Shown here piece after piece: positions 20,571 through 32,300 of a DNA stretch of 64,000 nt. The position numbers and the translations under genes are program-made. The DNA lies in IMG/VR virus record IMGVR_UViG_3300027533_000001, positions 3,146 to 67,145 of that record; one strand, 5' to 3'. Every line of letters begins with the position of its first letter. Positions within the stretch are counted from its first letter, which is position 1. The stretch comes from a virus (lineage: Duplodnaviria; Caudoviricetes). The notes under the pieces were generated by a model. The model was given only the letters and a program-made list of their open reading frames with translations. It was not told where the DNA came from and did no database searches.

Positions 20571-23131
20571 TGGCACAAGATTACCGCCTGCTGGTGAAGG
20601 AACTGCGCTCCCGTGACACTGGCCACCAGTACGACAATGTGGGCGATGCCACACTCGTGCGCGGGTTCCAGCGGAAACACCCCGGCAAGTACGACGACTT
20701 CGCAGTGCCGCCGGGTGCTGATGATACGCCACCATCACGCCGCCCCATCCCCCGTGGTGCCGTGGGCCAAGCGTGGGACTTCGCCACCGCCCTCCCCGCC
20801 GGGGTCATGCGCGGCGGCGGCAAGCTGATACGCGACATCGAGGCCACCACGCCCCAGGCTTTCAAGCAACTCCCCGGCGGCGACCTCAACCTCGGCCAGG
20901 GCATACTGGGCGCGAGTGACTACGTGGCCGGTACCCCCGGCCTAGCTACCGGCCAAGTCCAGCGTGAACCATCCTTGGGGAGCAAGGCCGGGTCCCTCAT
21001 TGGTGAGACGGCGTTCAACCTCCTGCCCTACATGGGTGCCACCAAGGTTGCGCGTGCCGCCTATGCCGCCCCCACGGTTGCCAAAGCCGTCATGCAGAGC
21101 GGCGCGACCCAAGGGCTGACAACCATGGTGAGGCGTGCGCTGGAACAGGGTGCAGAGCCACCACCGCCACCCGGTGTGGAACCCCAGCGAGGACCAGTGG
21201 CGGCTGGGGTTATAGACACATTAGCGGGGGCCGGGAGTGAGGTGGTTGGGGCACTTGGTGGACGTTACGGCACGGCGGCGCGTGTCATGGGCGATGCCGC
21301 GATAGGTGCCCTGGCCGCACCGTCTGGGCAGCGTGGAGAGGGGGCGTTGTTTCAAGGCGGATTGAGAGCCTTGATTGGCCGTACCCCGATACATGTGCCG
21401 GGCGCAGCGGGGGCAGCGGGGGCAGGTGCAGTACCTCCGGGTGGCGGTGGAACAGGTACCCCTCCAGGTGCCCCACCTGCCACTCCACCAAGTGCCCCTC
21501 CAGGTGCGCCACCGGCTACCCCGCCTGCCGCCGCCCGTCCCTCCCCCGCAGTGAACCCCAATGCCTACACCCCAGTGGAGTGGGCGTTCTACCCGGAGCA
21601 GCGCCCGACCATGTCCAGCTTTGGGGTGGGAGTTAGTGACCAACCGGCACCCGTGACCTCCACCACCCCGCCTGCCGTCGCCACTCCCCAAGGTCTCATG
21701 GAAGGGTTCTACCCACCAGTGGTCAAGCGGCCAGTGCCGGGACGGCCCATAAATGTGCAGGACTTCTATGGCACCGGTCCCCGCCCCGACCCCAACCGTA
21801 CCGTGACCAAACCCGGCGAAGGCGTCACCGAACTGGACCTCCCCGAGTTCCAACCCGGCGGCGGTGGCGAGACCCCGTACACGCAACCCGGGGGACGCCC
21901 ACTACCCGGACCCACCGGGCCAGAGCGCCAACCCGTTCTCTACGATGTGCCCGAAGGTCCACTCCCACGGCCAGCGGGAACCCCGCCCCCAGCGGCCACG
22001 CCCCCGCCAGCCCCCGCTCTGCCCCAGCCAGCACCCGATCTCGGTGCCGCCTTGGGACAGGTAGAACCGGGTGAGGGTTCCCGCTACCAGACTCCGCTAT
22101 TGCCCTCGTGGTCTCAAGCCGAGGATGCCGGGAGCGCGTTCTATAAGCCGCAGGCACTTCCACCGCATTTGCGTTACCCGTTTGCTACCTGGACCGCCGG
22201 TCAGGTAGGTGGACAACCCGCTGAGGTCAGCCCAACAATGGCGCAGGAGTCGTTGGACTTGGCTGGCCAGCAGGTGCAGCCCACCATCCCCAATGTGCGT
22301 GACACCTTTGGCGGATCGCCCATCAACGAGGGCGGGTTGCAGGACTTGTATAACAGGCAGAATGCGCCACCGACCCATGAGATACCGCCGTTCCAATCCG
22401 CCACCCCCGGCATTGGCAGGGAGGGTCCCGGTACACTAGGTGATGTGGGTAGAGAGGGCACCCGCACCAGTCCCTACGGCGTCCCCGGCTGGGCACCGGA
22501 TCTACCCATGGGACCGACGACAGGGGCGGCACTGGGTCTGCGCACGCCATGGAAATCTGCCCAGGAGTCGCAGCAGGCTATCCAACGCGCACGCGAGGGC
22601 ACACTAGGTAGACCGTGGAGATCGCAGGCCGACGCAGGGATTGACACCGGTACAGTGCATGACGCATTCAAGCCAATGCCCGGTGGCGAGGAGTTAGTTA
22701 CTAACCAGCCGCCGACGCGCGGTACCGCTGGCGAGGCCCGGTCCCCGGAGGAGATGATCATCTCGGAAGTGGACCGCGCCCCCGAACAGCGCACCGCCGA
22801 GCCGCCCACCGCCTCTATCTCATCCACGAATCCATCACTGGACATCCCACCAAAGCCGACCACCCGTCCCCAGTCCCGCATGGTGGACGAGACCCCGGCA
22901 CCCGACGTGCCCCCAGTGATAGCTGCACCCGATACCGGCGGGGGCCAGCCCCCAGTGCTCACGCCACCACCGCCCCCAGACTTACCGCCGCCACCCCCAC
23001 CTACCCGTGGCCGTGGTGCCCGTCGCGGTGCCCGTCCCAAGGTGGAACTCACCCCCGAGGAGATCGCCGCCCTTGGTGGGGGTGCGGCCCCACTGGTTCC
23101 CGGCAAGGGTGGAAGGGTAAAAAAAAAGTAG
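20570..23131 (+). CDS. Internal virion (ejection) protein, very Pro/Gly-rich
   Basis: 853 aa; Gly/Ala-rich membrane-like segment followed by a long Pro-rich tail. Confidence 0.5.
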   Translation: MAQDYRLLVKELRSRDTGHQYDNVGDATLVRGFQRKHPGKYDDFAVPPGADDTPPSRRPIPRGAVGQAWDFATALPAGVMRGGGKLIRDIEATTPQAFKQLPGGDLNLGQGILGASDYVAGTPGLATGQVQREPSLGSKAGSLIGETAFNLLPYMGATKVARAAYAAPTVAKAVMQSGATQGLTTMVRRALEQGAEPPPPPGVEPQRGPVAAGVIDTLAGAGSEVVGALGGRYGTAARVMGDAAIGALAAPSGQRGEGALFQGGLRALIGRTPIHVPGAAGAAGAGAVPPGGGGTGTPPGAPPATPPSAPPGAPPATPPAAARPSPAVNPNAYTPVEWAFYPEQRPTMSSFGVGVSDQPAPVTSTTPPAVATPQGLMEGFYPPVVKRPVPGRPINVQDFYGTGPRPDPNRTVTKPGEGVTELDLPEFQPGGGGETPYTQPGGRPLPGPTGPERQPVLYDVPEGPLPRPAGTPPPAATPPPAPALPQPAPDLGAALGQVEPGEGSRYQTPLLPSWSQAEDAGSAFYKPQALPPHLRYPFATWTAGQVGGQPAEVSPTMAQESLDLAGQQVQPTIPNVRDTFGGSPINEGGLQDLYNRQNAPPTHEIPPFQSATPGIGREGPGTLGDVGREGTRTSPYGVPGWAPDLPMGPTTGAALGLRTPWKSAQESQQAIQRAREGTLGRPWRSQADAGIDTGTVHDAFKPMPGGEELVTNQPPTRGTAGEARSPEEMIISEVDRAPEQRTAEPPTASISSTNPSLDIPPKPTTRPQSRMVDETPAPDVPPVIAAPDTGGGQPPVLTPPPPPDLPPPPPPTRGRGARRGARPKVELTPEEIAALGGGAAPLVPGKGGRVKKK

Positions 23132-23187
23132 AGCCTAGCGAGGAGGCGGGGTCGTTCCGCGACTGGATCAGCAAGTTCATCCCCAGC

Positions 23188-26100
23188 ATGGGGGAGCCTG
23201 TCGATTACAGCCAATTTAGTACGGCATGGCAGCGGGTGCGGGACGCCATGATCGGCGGATCGCCAACACTGCGCAAGGCCCAGGATAGTGTATTAGAGAA
23301 TATCCAGTACCGCGCCTACAACACCCCGTCGCAGACCGGCACCCTGTACGTGAACGACAACGGCATGGTGCTGTTCGACTACCTGGGGGATGTTAGGGCA
23401 GACCGTGGCGTACTGCCGGGTAAGTCACCACTTGGTGGCCGGTCCATCCCCGAGAAGTGGGACAACATCCAGCGGCGGCTGGGGAAACTCAAGTCCCTGT
23501 CGGAGAGTCCCGACATCAGTCCAGCGTCCAAGGCCAAGTTACAGGCCCTCCACAGTGACATCACCAGCCACCTCGACACGCTGGTGGCGCAGGGTAAGCA
23601 CAAGCCGTCACTAGAAGTTGTACTCATCTCACCGGACCAGCCAGCCAAGCCAGAGATACGGCCCACGGCACGCGAGGAGAAGATCCACGCCGGTCAGTGG
23701 TGGACAGCACTGCCGCAGGAAGCTATTGATGAGATGATGAAGACCCCGGTGTTTACCAAGGCACGCAAGGGCCTGCACCCAGGTTATAGTGATGCCGATG
23801 CATTCAAGGAAGTTACTGCCAAGACACTCGCCGGTAACAAGAAGCTGGGACTCGATGACGTGGAGATGGAGGAACTGGCCCGTAACTATGGCAGGATGTT
23901 GCAAAGGCATGGGTTACCATGGGTGATGGAGCACTTCGAATATGTCAAGCCGGGACCGGTAAAGGAGGCATTTTTTGGCGAAGCAAGAAGACCGCAACCT
24001 AATCGTTGGCCGGGGAAGCGTGGCGGTGCCCCCAGCCCAGGCCCAGCCCCCGGTGGCCCAGCAGCCGCAGGTGTCACCCCCGCAACGCCGCCCGGTGAGA
24101 GTCTCGGACGCCCCACCGGAGTGGAGCGAGGCGGCAGTGAACAACCACAACCTAGCGGTGTCGGCGATGGAGGACGCGAGGGTGGCGGGGCTGGACGAGA
24201 ACCAGCAGGTGGAGGCGTTCGTCCAGGCGCTGAAGAAGGCGTGGGTGGGACAGGAGCCGCAGCAGGGGTAACGCCGCAGGGGTTCAGCTTTGGTGGTGGG
24301 CGCGACACCGGCCCAACCGAGGGATCACTAGGATTCCTGGGGTCTCAAAAGGTAGGCCAAGTCCTGTCCGACAAGGCCACCCAGCTGATGGACTACCTCA
24401 ACCGCAACACCACCGACCCCACCTGGGACAAGGACCCACGGTATGAGGGCGTCATGGGACCGGCACGGGCGGCACAGCAGCAGGCCCAGCAGCAGGCGCA
24501 GGGGGACAGTTTCATACGCAGGGCCGTGGACAAGGTTATTGTTAACCCTACGTCGCGGTGGATCTCCACAGTACGGAGTGTACAGGGACTGCAACGGGAG
24601 GCTGACAAGGCCGAGGGGCCGCGCGGTCCAGGCGCAGGGGTAGGTGGTACCCGCCATGCCCACACTGACAAGGCACGGGCCATATTTGACGAGGCGGGTG
24701 CGGCGAATGAGCGTGCCGAGCAGCAGTTGAACGGGTTCCTGGACCCACTCATACGGGACGAAACCGCCGGTCTCAGCGCCGCCAATGCCGGTATCAAGCT
24801 GCGCGATCTCGGCACCTACGGGCAGGCGTTGCAACAGCGGGACTTCGACATCCACGACATGGGTAGCGACAAGTGGAATGCGACGGTCAAGACCGACCCG
24901 GCTATGGCCGACATTGATGCTGCCGCCAACAAGGGGGATAGCAATGCTCTACAGATGCGTGCTAATCATATGCAAATCATGGGTATCGAGGAGTGGCAGC
25001 GGAAGTTAGTCACTAACGAGGAGTCCACGAATTACAAGGGGCTGGGTACTAAGGACATCCAGGATCGCATCGAGGTAGGCGAACCCCATCACCAGGGGGC
25101 GGTGGATAAGATACAGCAGTACTTTCGTACTATGCTCAACGAAGCGGAGGCCGATGGGCGCATCTCCCAGGAGTTGGGCGATACGTTACGCAAGATGTAT
25201 CCACGGTATGTGCCGGTTGCACGCATCATGGACAACATCGCCAACCACGACACCTGGGGCAGTACGCAACCGGTTGGCTCACTAACTAAGCAAGGTACGA
25301 TACGGCAACGCGGTGGGCCGTCCAGCCTGGGCACCGAGAACTTATTGGAGACTGTGGTATCGCGCACTTTCCAAAACCAGCGCGAAGCCCACCGCAATGC
25401 CGTGGGACGTGAACTACTGCGGGTCGCCTCGAACTATCCAGGGTGGGAGAACTACGTGCGGCGCGTGTCGCCAGAGGAGATCAAGAAGGGGACGTTCAAG
25501 CCGGACGAGACCAACAGCATCTCGTTCCTGGAGAATGGGGATCAGGTTATCCTTGCGGTCGACCCCATTATTGCCACTGCCGCACGCAACCTCCAACCCC
25601 GGCAGTTCGGTATGTTCGTCGAAGGAGGACGCCTGCTGTCGAGAGTATTGCGTACCACCGCGACCGGCCCATTGAATCCCGTATTCCAGCTGTCCAACCT
25701 CGCCATGGACGCCCTGACCAACGTGGAGAACACCGGGTGGCGCACCCTGGCCAACGCCCCCCGTACCGCCTGGGCCGTCGCCAAGGACACTGCCGCCGAC
25801 ATCGTGGGCAAGAAGGGCGGCAAGTGGCGGGACAAGGACCTGGAGGAATTGAAGGCACATGGGGCAGCATTTACCAGCGCCGAGGCGTACCGCAACCGGG
25901 CCGGGTCGCAGATCGACTACACAGTGGCCAAGTCGCGCACGGGGGTTGGGCCAAAGGCGGCAGGCATGGCTGGCTATGTTGCCAAGCACCCCATTGATGC
26001 CGCGAACAGGTCGTGGTCCTACGTCGAGGATCTGTTTGCCAAGAGCGAGATGGCCTCGCGGTTACGGGTGTATGTGACGGCACGCGACGAGGGATTGAGA

Positions 26101-27399
26101 CAGGGCCTATCACAACAGGAGGCGCAGGCCAAGGGGATTGATGCGGCCCGTAACCAGATGGCAAATTATCGTCATAGTGGGAGTGAGATGGCGGCGTTCA
26201 ATGCGGTGACCCCGTACTTCAATGCGCGATTGCAAAACCTCGCCAGTGCCTGGGATGCGGGGCGGGATGACCCACGGCGATTTGGGATGGCGATCATGGG
26301 CACCATTATTGCGCCTGCGGTTGCCGCTACTATATACAACCTGTCCAGCCCCGAGAAGCAGCGGATATACTTTGATACCCCCGACGATGTCAAGGATGAC
26401 TACCTGTTCTTCACCGGGAGTGATGAGGTACTGAACGACAACGGCAGGAGGGAAGTATTCAAGTGGCCCATACCTGGACAATATAGCCGCCTATCCAAGG
26501 CAGTGCGCATGGGTGTGGAGTCGCTGTGGCGCAACAGTCCAGAGCAGTTCCAGAAACTCGCCGAGGAGATGGGGTTCCAGGGCATGGATTTCACCCCAGT
26601 TGTCGACCCCAAGTACGGCACCACCCTGGACAGCCTGTGGAAGAATGTGGGGGAACTGGGCGAGACGGCGCTGCCGCAGGGCACCAAGTTTATCACCGAC
26701 GTCGTCAGCGGTGTGCACCAGTACAGTGGCAGGCCGTTTGTCTCCAAGGGCCTCGAAGGGGTGCCCACCAGCCAGCAGATCGACAAGGATACCGGGCTGG
26801 CGATTACCAAGACGGCACAGGCACTGGGGCTGTCCCCGGCGTATGTGCAAGGGGTGATCACGTCACTTGGTGGGCAGGGGATACCTATTACGATCAATGC
26901 GTTTGACCAAGTACTGCAACAGGCGGGGCTACTGCCAAGCGATGCGAAACCCGGTGGTGTGAGTACCCCCGAGTCGGCGAGTGCGCGGTTCCTGGAGGGC
27001 AGGGGCGGGAGGATGAAAACTATCGACAAGGAGGGCGAGGCAGGCAAGCAGGAGGCGGATTACGGGGAACTGATGTCGCAGATGACCGATGGCCAGCGGG
27101 AACTGCTGCGGCAGATGAGGTTACCTGTCAAGCCAGTGACGCCGCAGGAGGGGGATACGCCAGAGGTGATTGCATTGCGGCACCAACTCAAGGGGAGGTT
27201 AGTGGGCAGGATGATCGACAAGGTTACCAGTGCCCCGGGGTGGGAGACGCTAAGCCCGGGGGACAAGAGGATTAAGTTACAACAGGAGGCGCTGGTGGTC
27301 AGCCGGTTCCTGAGCAACCGTACCACTGAGAGCGGCAGGCTGAACCCGCGCCAGCGCATGGGCTACTGGCAGAGCCAGCTGAATGCCCACCGGCGATAA
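23188..27399 (+). CDS. Large polyvalent-type internal virion protein with LPD38-like C-terminal region
   Basis: 1403 aa. NPVFQLSNLAMD, PYFNARLQ, and YFDTPDDVKDDYLFF...FKWPIP resemble the LPD38 pattern of large phage polyvalent proteins. Confidence 0.65.
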   Translation: MGEPVDYSQFSTAWQRVRDAMIGGSPTLRKAQDSVLENIQYRAYNTPSQTGTLYVNDNGMVLFDYLGDVRADRGVLPGKSPLGGRSIPEKWDNIQRRLGKLKSLSESPDISPASKAKLQALHSDITSHLDTLVAQGKHKPSLEVVLISPDQPAKPEIRPTAREEKIHAGQWWTALPQEAIDEMMKTPVFTKARKGLHPGYSDADAFKEVTAKTLAGNKKLGLDDVEMEELARNYGRMLQRHGLPWVMEHFEYVKPGPVKEAFFGEARRPQPNRWPGKRGGAPSPGPAPGGPAAAGVTPATPPGESLGRPTGVERGGSEQPQPSGVGDGGREGGGAGREPAGGGVRPGAEEGVGGTGAAAGVTPQGFSFGGGRDTGPTEGSLGFLGSQKVGQVLSDKATQLMDYLNRNTTDPTWDKDPRYEGVMGPARAAQQQAQQQAQGDSFIRRAVDKVIVNPTSRWISTVRSVQGLQREADKAEGPRGPGAGVGGTRHAHTDKARAIFDEAGAANERAEQQLNGFLDPLIRDETAGLSAANAGIKLRDLGTYGQALQQRDFDIHDMGSDKWNATVKTDPAMADIDAAANKGDSNALQMRANHMQIMGIEEWQRKLVTNEESTNYKGLGTKDIQDRIEVGEPHHQGAVDKIQQYFRTMLNEAEADGRISQELGDTLRKMYPRYVPVARIMDNIANHDTWGSTQPVGSLTKQGTIRQRGGPSSLGTENLLETVVSRTFQNQREAHRNAVGRELLRVASNYPGWENYVRRVSPEEIKKGTFKPDETNSISFLENGDQVILAVDPIIATAARNLQPRQFGMFVEGGRLLSRVLRTTATGPLNPVFQLSNLAMDALTNVENTGWRTLANAPRTAWAVAKDTAADIVGKKGGKWRDKDLEELKAHGAAFTSAEAYRNRAGSQIDYTVAKSRTGVGPKAAGMAGYVAKHPIDAANRSWSYVEDLFAKSEMASRLRVYVTARDEGLRQGLSQQEAQAKGIDAARNQMANYRHSGSEMAAFNAVTPYFNARLQNLASAWDAGRDDPRRFGMAIMGTIIAPAVAATIYNLSSPEKQRIYFDTPDDVKDDYLFFTGSDEVLNDNGRREVFKWPIPGQYSRLSKAVRMGVESLWRNSPEQFQKLAEEMGFQGMDFTPVVDPKYGTTLDSLWKNVGELGETALPQGTKFITDVVSGVHQYSGRPFVSKGLEGVPTSQQIDKDTGLAITKTAQALGLSPAYVQGVITSLGGQGIPITINAFDQVLQQAGLLPSDAKPGGVSTPESASARFLEGRGGRMKTIDKEGEAGKQEADYGELMSQMTDGQRELLRQMRLPVKPVTPQEGDTPEVIALRHQLKGRLVGRMIDKVTSAPGWETLSPGDKRIKLQQEALVVSRFLSNRTTESGRLNPRQRMGYWQSQLNAHRR

Positions 27400-27437
27400 C
27401 GCCCGGATGGTAAACTGACCGGTTAGTGACTAACAGA

Positions 27438-29303
27438 ATGAGGCAATCTATGAAACTTGCTATGATCCTGGTCCTGGTAGCCCTGGTGTCGTTGGCCCAG
27501 ACCACGGGCAACAGCCGGTACTACACAGGTACTACACCTCCTGTGGGGTGCGTTGCGGGGCGTGACTTCTGGCTAAACACAACTGTTGGGGTGAATGATG
27601 CACTGCGGTTGGCGTCATGCACTTCCAATAACGTCTGGACCGTGCTGAGCGGGGCAGGCGGGGCAGGGACAGGGAACGTGGTGGGACCGGCACCTGGGAC
27701 GGCAGGTGTACTTACCACTGTTGACGCCGCTGGCACTGCCCTGTCGCGCACTGCCCTGACCGGCGTGATCAAGACCGCCAGTGGGGTACCTGCTGTGGTT
27801 ACGGGCACCGCTACTGACTTCGTGAGAGTAGATGGTACCAGTGCCCCAGCCGGGGTGGGTAGTGGGAATGTCACTGGTCCTGGGGTTGGCACGAGCGGGG
27901 CGGGGACGACTATTGACGCGGCAGGCACGACCCTCACCCGGTCTACGCTAACGGGGGTGATCAAGGCGACTGGTGGGGTGCCCAGCGTCGTCACGGGCAC
28001 TGCGACAGACTTTGTACGAGTAGACGGTACCAGCGCCCCTGGTGGTACTGGCGGGGTCGCTGGTCCCAGTGCCGGGGCCGGGGGTGAGGGGATGACCATT
28101 AATGCTGCCGGTACGGTACTTACCCGGTCCAACCTAACGGGGGTAATCAAGGCCACTGCTGGGGTACCCAGTATCGTCACGGGGGCGGGGACTAACTTTG
28201 TACGGGTGGACGGGACAAGTGCGGCGGCGGGGGGTACCGGGGATGTGACTGGTGCGTCTAACCTAACCACGGCCAACAAGGTGGTGATCGTCAACTCGGC
28301 GGGGGCAGTGACGCAGGGGACGGGATGTACGTATGCGACCAACGGCATCACCTGCACCGGGGGTTTCACATCTGGGGATGGCACGGCACAATCCGGGGTC
28401 ATCCTACCGGAACTCACCGCTAATGGCACCAATGACTTCCGCATGTACGGGGCGGCCAACCAGACTGCAGATGGCTGTGTCGTATTCACTGGTACCCTAG
28501 CCAGCGGGGAGTCGTGGCGCGGGTCGGCCACCACCACGGTGGTCAATGGCAAGACCTGCCGGGTCATGGAGACCTATACGCCAAGTGCCGGTGGCCCGGC
28601 TGGCCTTGACCTGTTCGATCCCGGGGTGTTTGTGATGTACGAGGAGTTCATTGAGGGGCCAGCAGTTAATATAGGCTCGGTATTTGGAGGTACCTCCGGG
28701 CTTAGGACCGGTACGTGGAATGGGGCAAGCGGATCGGTTACGGCTGGTGCTTCCTCACTTGGCCATCCCGGCATATTCCTGACCAACCCCGGCGTGACCA
28801 CTGGGCGCGGAACCATCCTGCACTACCAGTTCCTCAACGTCTATGGGCAGTTTGCCCTTTCCACGGCGGTCTTTGACAGTTACTGGATCTGGTCCAATGT
28901 GGCTACGATAGCCAACCAGGGCAACTATACCGGGTTCCTGGCGGCGGGTGAGAGTTCGGCTGCGCCGCCAACCACCAATAACGGCTGCTGGTGGCGGCGG
29001 CTGGCCACCGATACTAACTTTCAATGCGTATGTTCCGCAGCAGGTACCGCCACGGTGGTGGACTATGGGTTGCCGCCAGTGGCTGACAGGTTCTACCGGA
29101 CGGCGATCTATGCCACGACCCCGGGGACGATTAAGTTCCGGCTGTACGACAATGGGGTGGCGGTGGGGACTGAGGTTAGCATTTCCACCAATGTGCCGAC
29201 CGCTAACCTGGAGCCGTTCTACCTGCACCTGGGGGTGGGGGTGTCGGTGAACTCGGCGGTGGATAAGTTTGCACTTAAGCAGACCGGGATCACCAACCGT
29301 TAG
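27438..29303 (+). CDS. Exported fibre/adhesin-like protein with three internal repeats and a beta-sandwich C-terminal domain
   Basis: Signal-like MKLAMILVLVALVSLAQ (alternative start 27450); three 62-63 aa Gly/Thr-rich repeats; lectin-like C-terminus. Confidence 0.7.
   Translation: MRQSMKLAMILVLVALVSLAQTTGNSRYYTGTTPPVGCVAGRDFWLNTTVGVNDALRLASCTSNNVWTVLSGAGGAGTGNVVGPAPGTAGVLTTVDAAGTALSRTALTGVIKTASGVPAVVTGTATDFVRVDGTSAPAGVGSGNVTGPGVGTSGAGTTIDAAGTTLTRSTLTGVIKATGGVPSVVTGTATDFVRVDGTSAPGGTGGVAGPSAGAGGEGMTINAAGTVLTRSNLTGVIKATAGVPSIVTGAGTNFVRVDGTSAAAGGTGDVTGASNLTTANKVVIVNSAGAVTQGTGCTYATNGITCTGGFTSGDGTAQSGVILPELTANGTNDFRMYGAANQTADGCVVFTGTLASGESWRGSATTTVVNGKTCRVMETYTPSAGGPAGLDLFDPGVFVMYEEFIEGPAVNIGSVFGGTSGLRTGTWNGASGSVTAGASSLGHPGIFLTNPGVTTGRGTILHYQFLNVYGQFALSTAVFDSYWIWSNVATIANQGNYTGFLAAGESSAAPPTTNNGCWWRRLATDTNFQCVCSAAGTATVVDYGLPPVADRFYRTAIYATTPGTIKFRLYDNGVAVGTEVSISTNVPTANLEPFYLHLGVGVSVNSAVDKFALKQTGITNR
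27667..28240 (+). repeat. Three tandem coding repeats of about 187 bp
   Basis: The unit G(N/G)V.GP....G...T.DAAGT.L.R..LTGVIKAT.GVP.VVTG..TDFVRVDGTSAP occurs three times. Confidence 0.9.
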
Positions 29304-29315
29304 TGACTAACTGCC

Positions 29316-32300
29316 ATGCGACAACTCTATCTCCTTGCCATATTGACATTTCCACTGACCAGTGCCGTCGTCCCCATACGGACGCACGACAACAAGAACT
29401 GCCACATCACCGGGGCCACCAATGCGACACCCATCGTACTCACCTGCGGGGTGGCCCATCACATGGCAACCAACGACATGATCCAGGTGGCCAACGTTGC
29501 GGGGACCACCAATGCCAATGGGTTACGTTATGTCGACGTCCTGTCCCCCACGACTATTGCCCTGTACAGTGCGCCTGGACCTACAACTCCAGTGGCGGGT
29601 AACGGGGTGTGGAGCAACGGCACCATCACCCACCCAGGCCCCCCAGTCGCCACCTATTCCGGGGGGATACAACTGGCCGGGTTAGTGACTAACTACACCA
29701 CCCAACCGCACCCGCGTCTCGCCTGGAACCCTGCGGGGGAGTTGATCGAGTTCGCCGCCAGTATCGAGAACGGCCTGCTCACCAGCATCCAGGTCGCCAG
29801 TGGTATTGCCACCGCCACCTATACCCGGGCACATGGACTGGCAGTGGGTAATAAGATATGCATCTTCGGGGCTGTTGCCACCAACCTCAACTGTTCCAGT
29901 ACCGCCGGTCCAACCGTGTACTTTACGATCACAGCGGTCCCCTCGCCGACCACCATCCAGTGGACTAACGGATTGGTTCTGGACGCCACATTCAACAGTA
30001 CCAATCTCACCGTCTCCAGCTGGGCGCAGGGCGGGAATGTCGCATGGGTCGCCGTGAATAACTTTAGATCCTACCTCACTGCCGGGACCCCACCCGCGTA
30101 CACGCTTGGCCGTCTCAACTACCTCAAGGATAAGAGTGCGAACATGGCCACGATATGCTATGTCAACCGGAGTGACACCGAGGCGTGTACGATTGCGGAA
30201 CATGCGATTAATAATCCTGGGACGTTCTTCAACAACGGTGCCTGCGTCGAGACCTACCCCAGCGTTACTAATAATAATTGCGATGACGACCAGGGGGATT
30301 ATGCCAGTTTCAGTGCCGTCCACATGGCCTACATCTACGACCTGATGAAGCCTACCGGTTACCTGGACGCCGGGGAACGCGCCGCCTTTGCCAATGCCAT
30401 GCTCAACGACCTGGGCGATGGGTGCACCAAGATGGTGAGGACCAACCGGAGCGGGACCATCAGTGTCGTGGCCAACGAGGGGGCGAATGTGACACTGACC
30501 GGCATTGGGACGTCGTTTCTATCGCAGGTCGTCGTGGGATCACTAATTGTCGGCCAGGGCTACCTCGGCGCTGGCACGACGATCTATGTCAACGGCGTCA
30601 CCAACGACACTACCCTCACGGTCAACAACAACTCGGCCCGTACCAATGCCACCTTCGCCACCATCGACCCGCGCACCTCCACCTCCTGCGGCGTCTGGTG
30701 GTACCTGAAACATCACGCTGGCTCCCCGCTGTCGCAACCATCCCTCTACCCGCCGCAGGGGGGCACCACCACGAGTAGCTCGTCAGAGCCGATTAATAAT
30801 ATGACGAGGTCCAAGCTGGGGGCGGCAGTGGCACTGGGGATTGTACTCGCCGATGATGACCCCCGGGCAGTGGCACTGTTGAGTGATACGAGCCTGTTCT
30901 GGTTCGACTACACCCATGCCGGTGAGCGGGGACATTATACCGGGATGACTAATGGTGGGCCTAATTACTACTTTGCCCGGGTCGCCCACTATGCAATTGA
31001 CATAACCCTCTACTGGAGGAATGCGTTCATCAATGGCCCAGATTTAACCGATGCTGGGTACATGAATAGTTTCAACGACGCCTTACGCTTCCTCTGGCAC
31101 CCCAACGCCGCCGTGGGTACACGGGAGTGGTGCACGTATGCGTTTGGGGCAGACGCGGACGGTACTAACTGCTTTGATGGGGCCGGTGGGCGGATGGCCG
31201 GGTTTGCCGGGAGCAGCAGGGTATTTCCCAAGTCGATGGAGACATCCAAGTTCATGCACTGGTTCCTCAATGTGGCCGGGTTCAACACCGATACCATTGA
31301 CAGCACTAACTCGTATGAGTCGACCAACATGTTCAAGCGGTTGCCAGCTAATGTGACGGCCACCAGCTACACCAGTGACCCGACCCAGCGGGTGTTTAGG
31401 ACGACGGCGGCAGATACGGCATGGTGCCTAGTCCCCGGGACGTATGGGTGCCCAACGACGGGTGGTGGGATGGCGTATGTGTTCTCACGTACTGGGTGGA
31501 CCAGCCCCAGCGACACGGCATTTACCTACTCGTCGGCGAGTTTCAATGGCGACCACGATAGTCCCCGGGCGACCGATTACTGCATTGTCAAGGGGAATGG
31601 GCTGGTGTGCGGCGATAGCTTTGAACCCAACCAGTCGCTGGGGTCGATGGGGGCGGCGGGTGGGACGAATGAGGCTGAGACCAACATGGGGCAGATGGGC
31701 GGGTTACTGCTCAACCGGGGGCTGGTGTCGATGATACGCGGCGACTTTGTCTATGAGTTGTTCCATGCGCCGATACTGCGATGGGCCGGGGGCGCGGATA
31801 ATAACGGGAGAAGTGATAGCGCATTTGCCTATGCCCTGTCCAATGTACTCATATGGAGGACCGGGATTACCAGACAGCACCGGGGGGTGTTGCACTACAA
31901 GCGTGCTGGTAAACAGGAGTACGTGATTCTATGGGATGACGTAGTGCGGAGTGCGGCAGGGACAGTGAAGTTGTATACTCATTACCCCCAAAACGGCGAG
32001 GGTGGCGTCGAGGGGATCACTACATGCCCCAGTGGCGACACTGCCTGTGCCAATATCAATACGTCCAAGCAGGTTACCAGTGCGACGAGTGGGACCATCT
32101 ACAGTGTCAATACGACGTGGGTCGCGCCCACCGGGTCTGACCTGTACCTGATGGTGGACAACCCCGACGGGACGTATCCCACCGGGGCGGGGCATAGTTA
32201 CAGGGTCACTGGCTGTGGCGGGACAAGTAGTTGTGCGAGTGTTACGGCGCTGGAGATGTTCACCGTGCACAAGATCTCCACCGGGGCAGTGACCACGATC

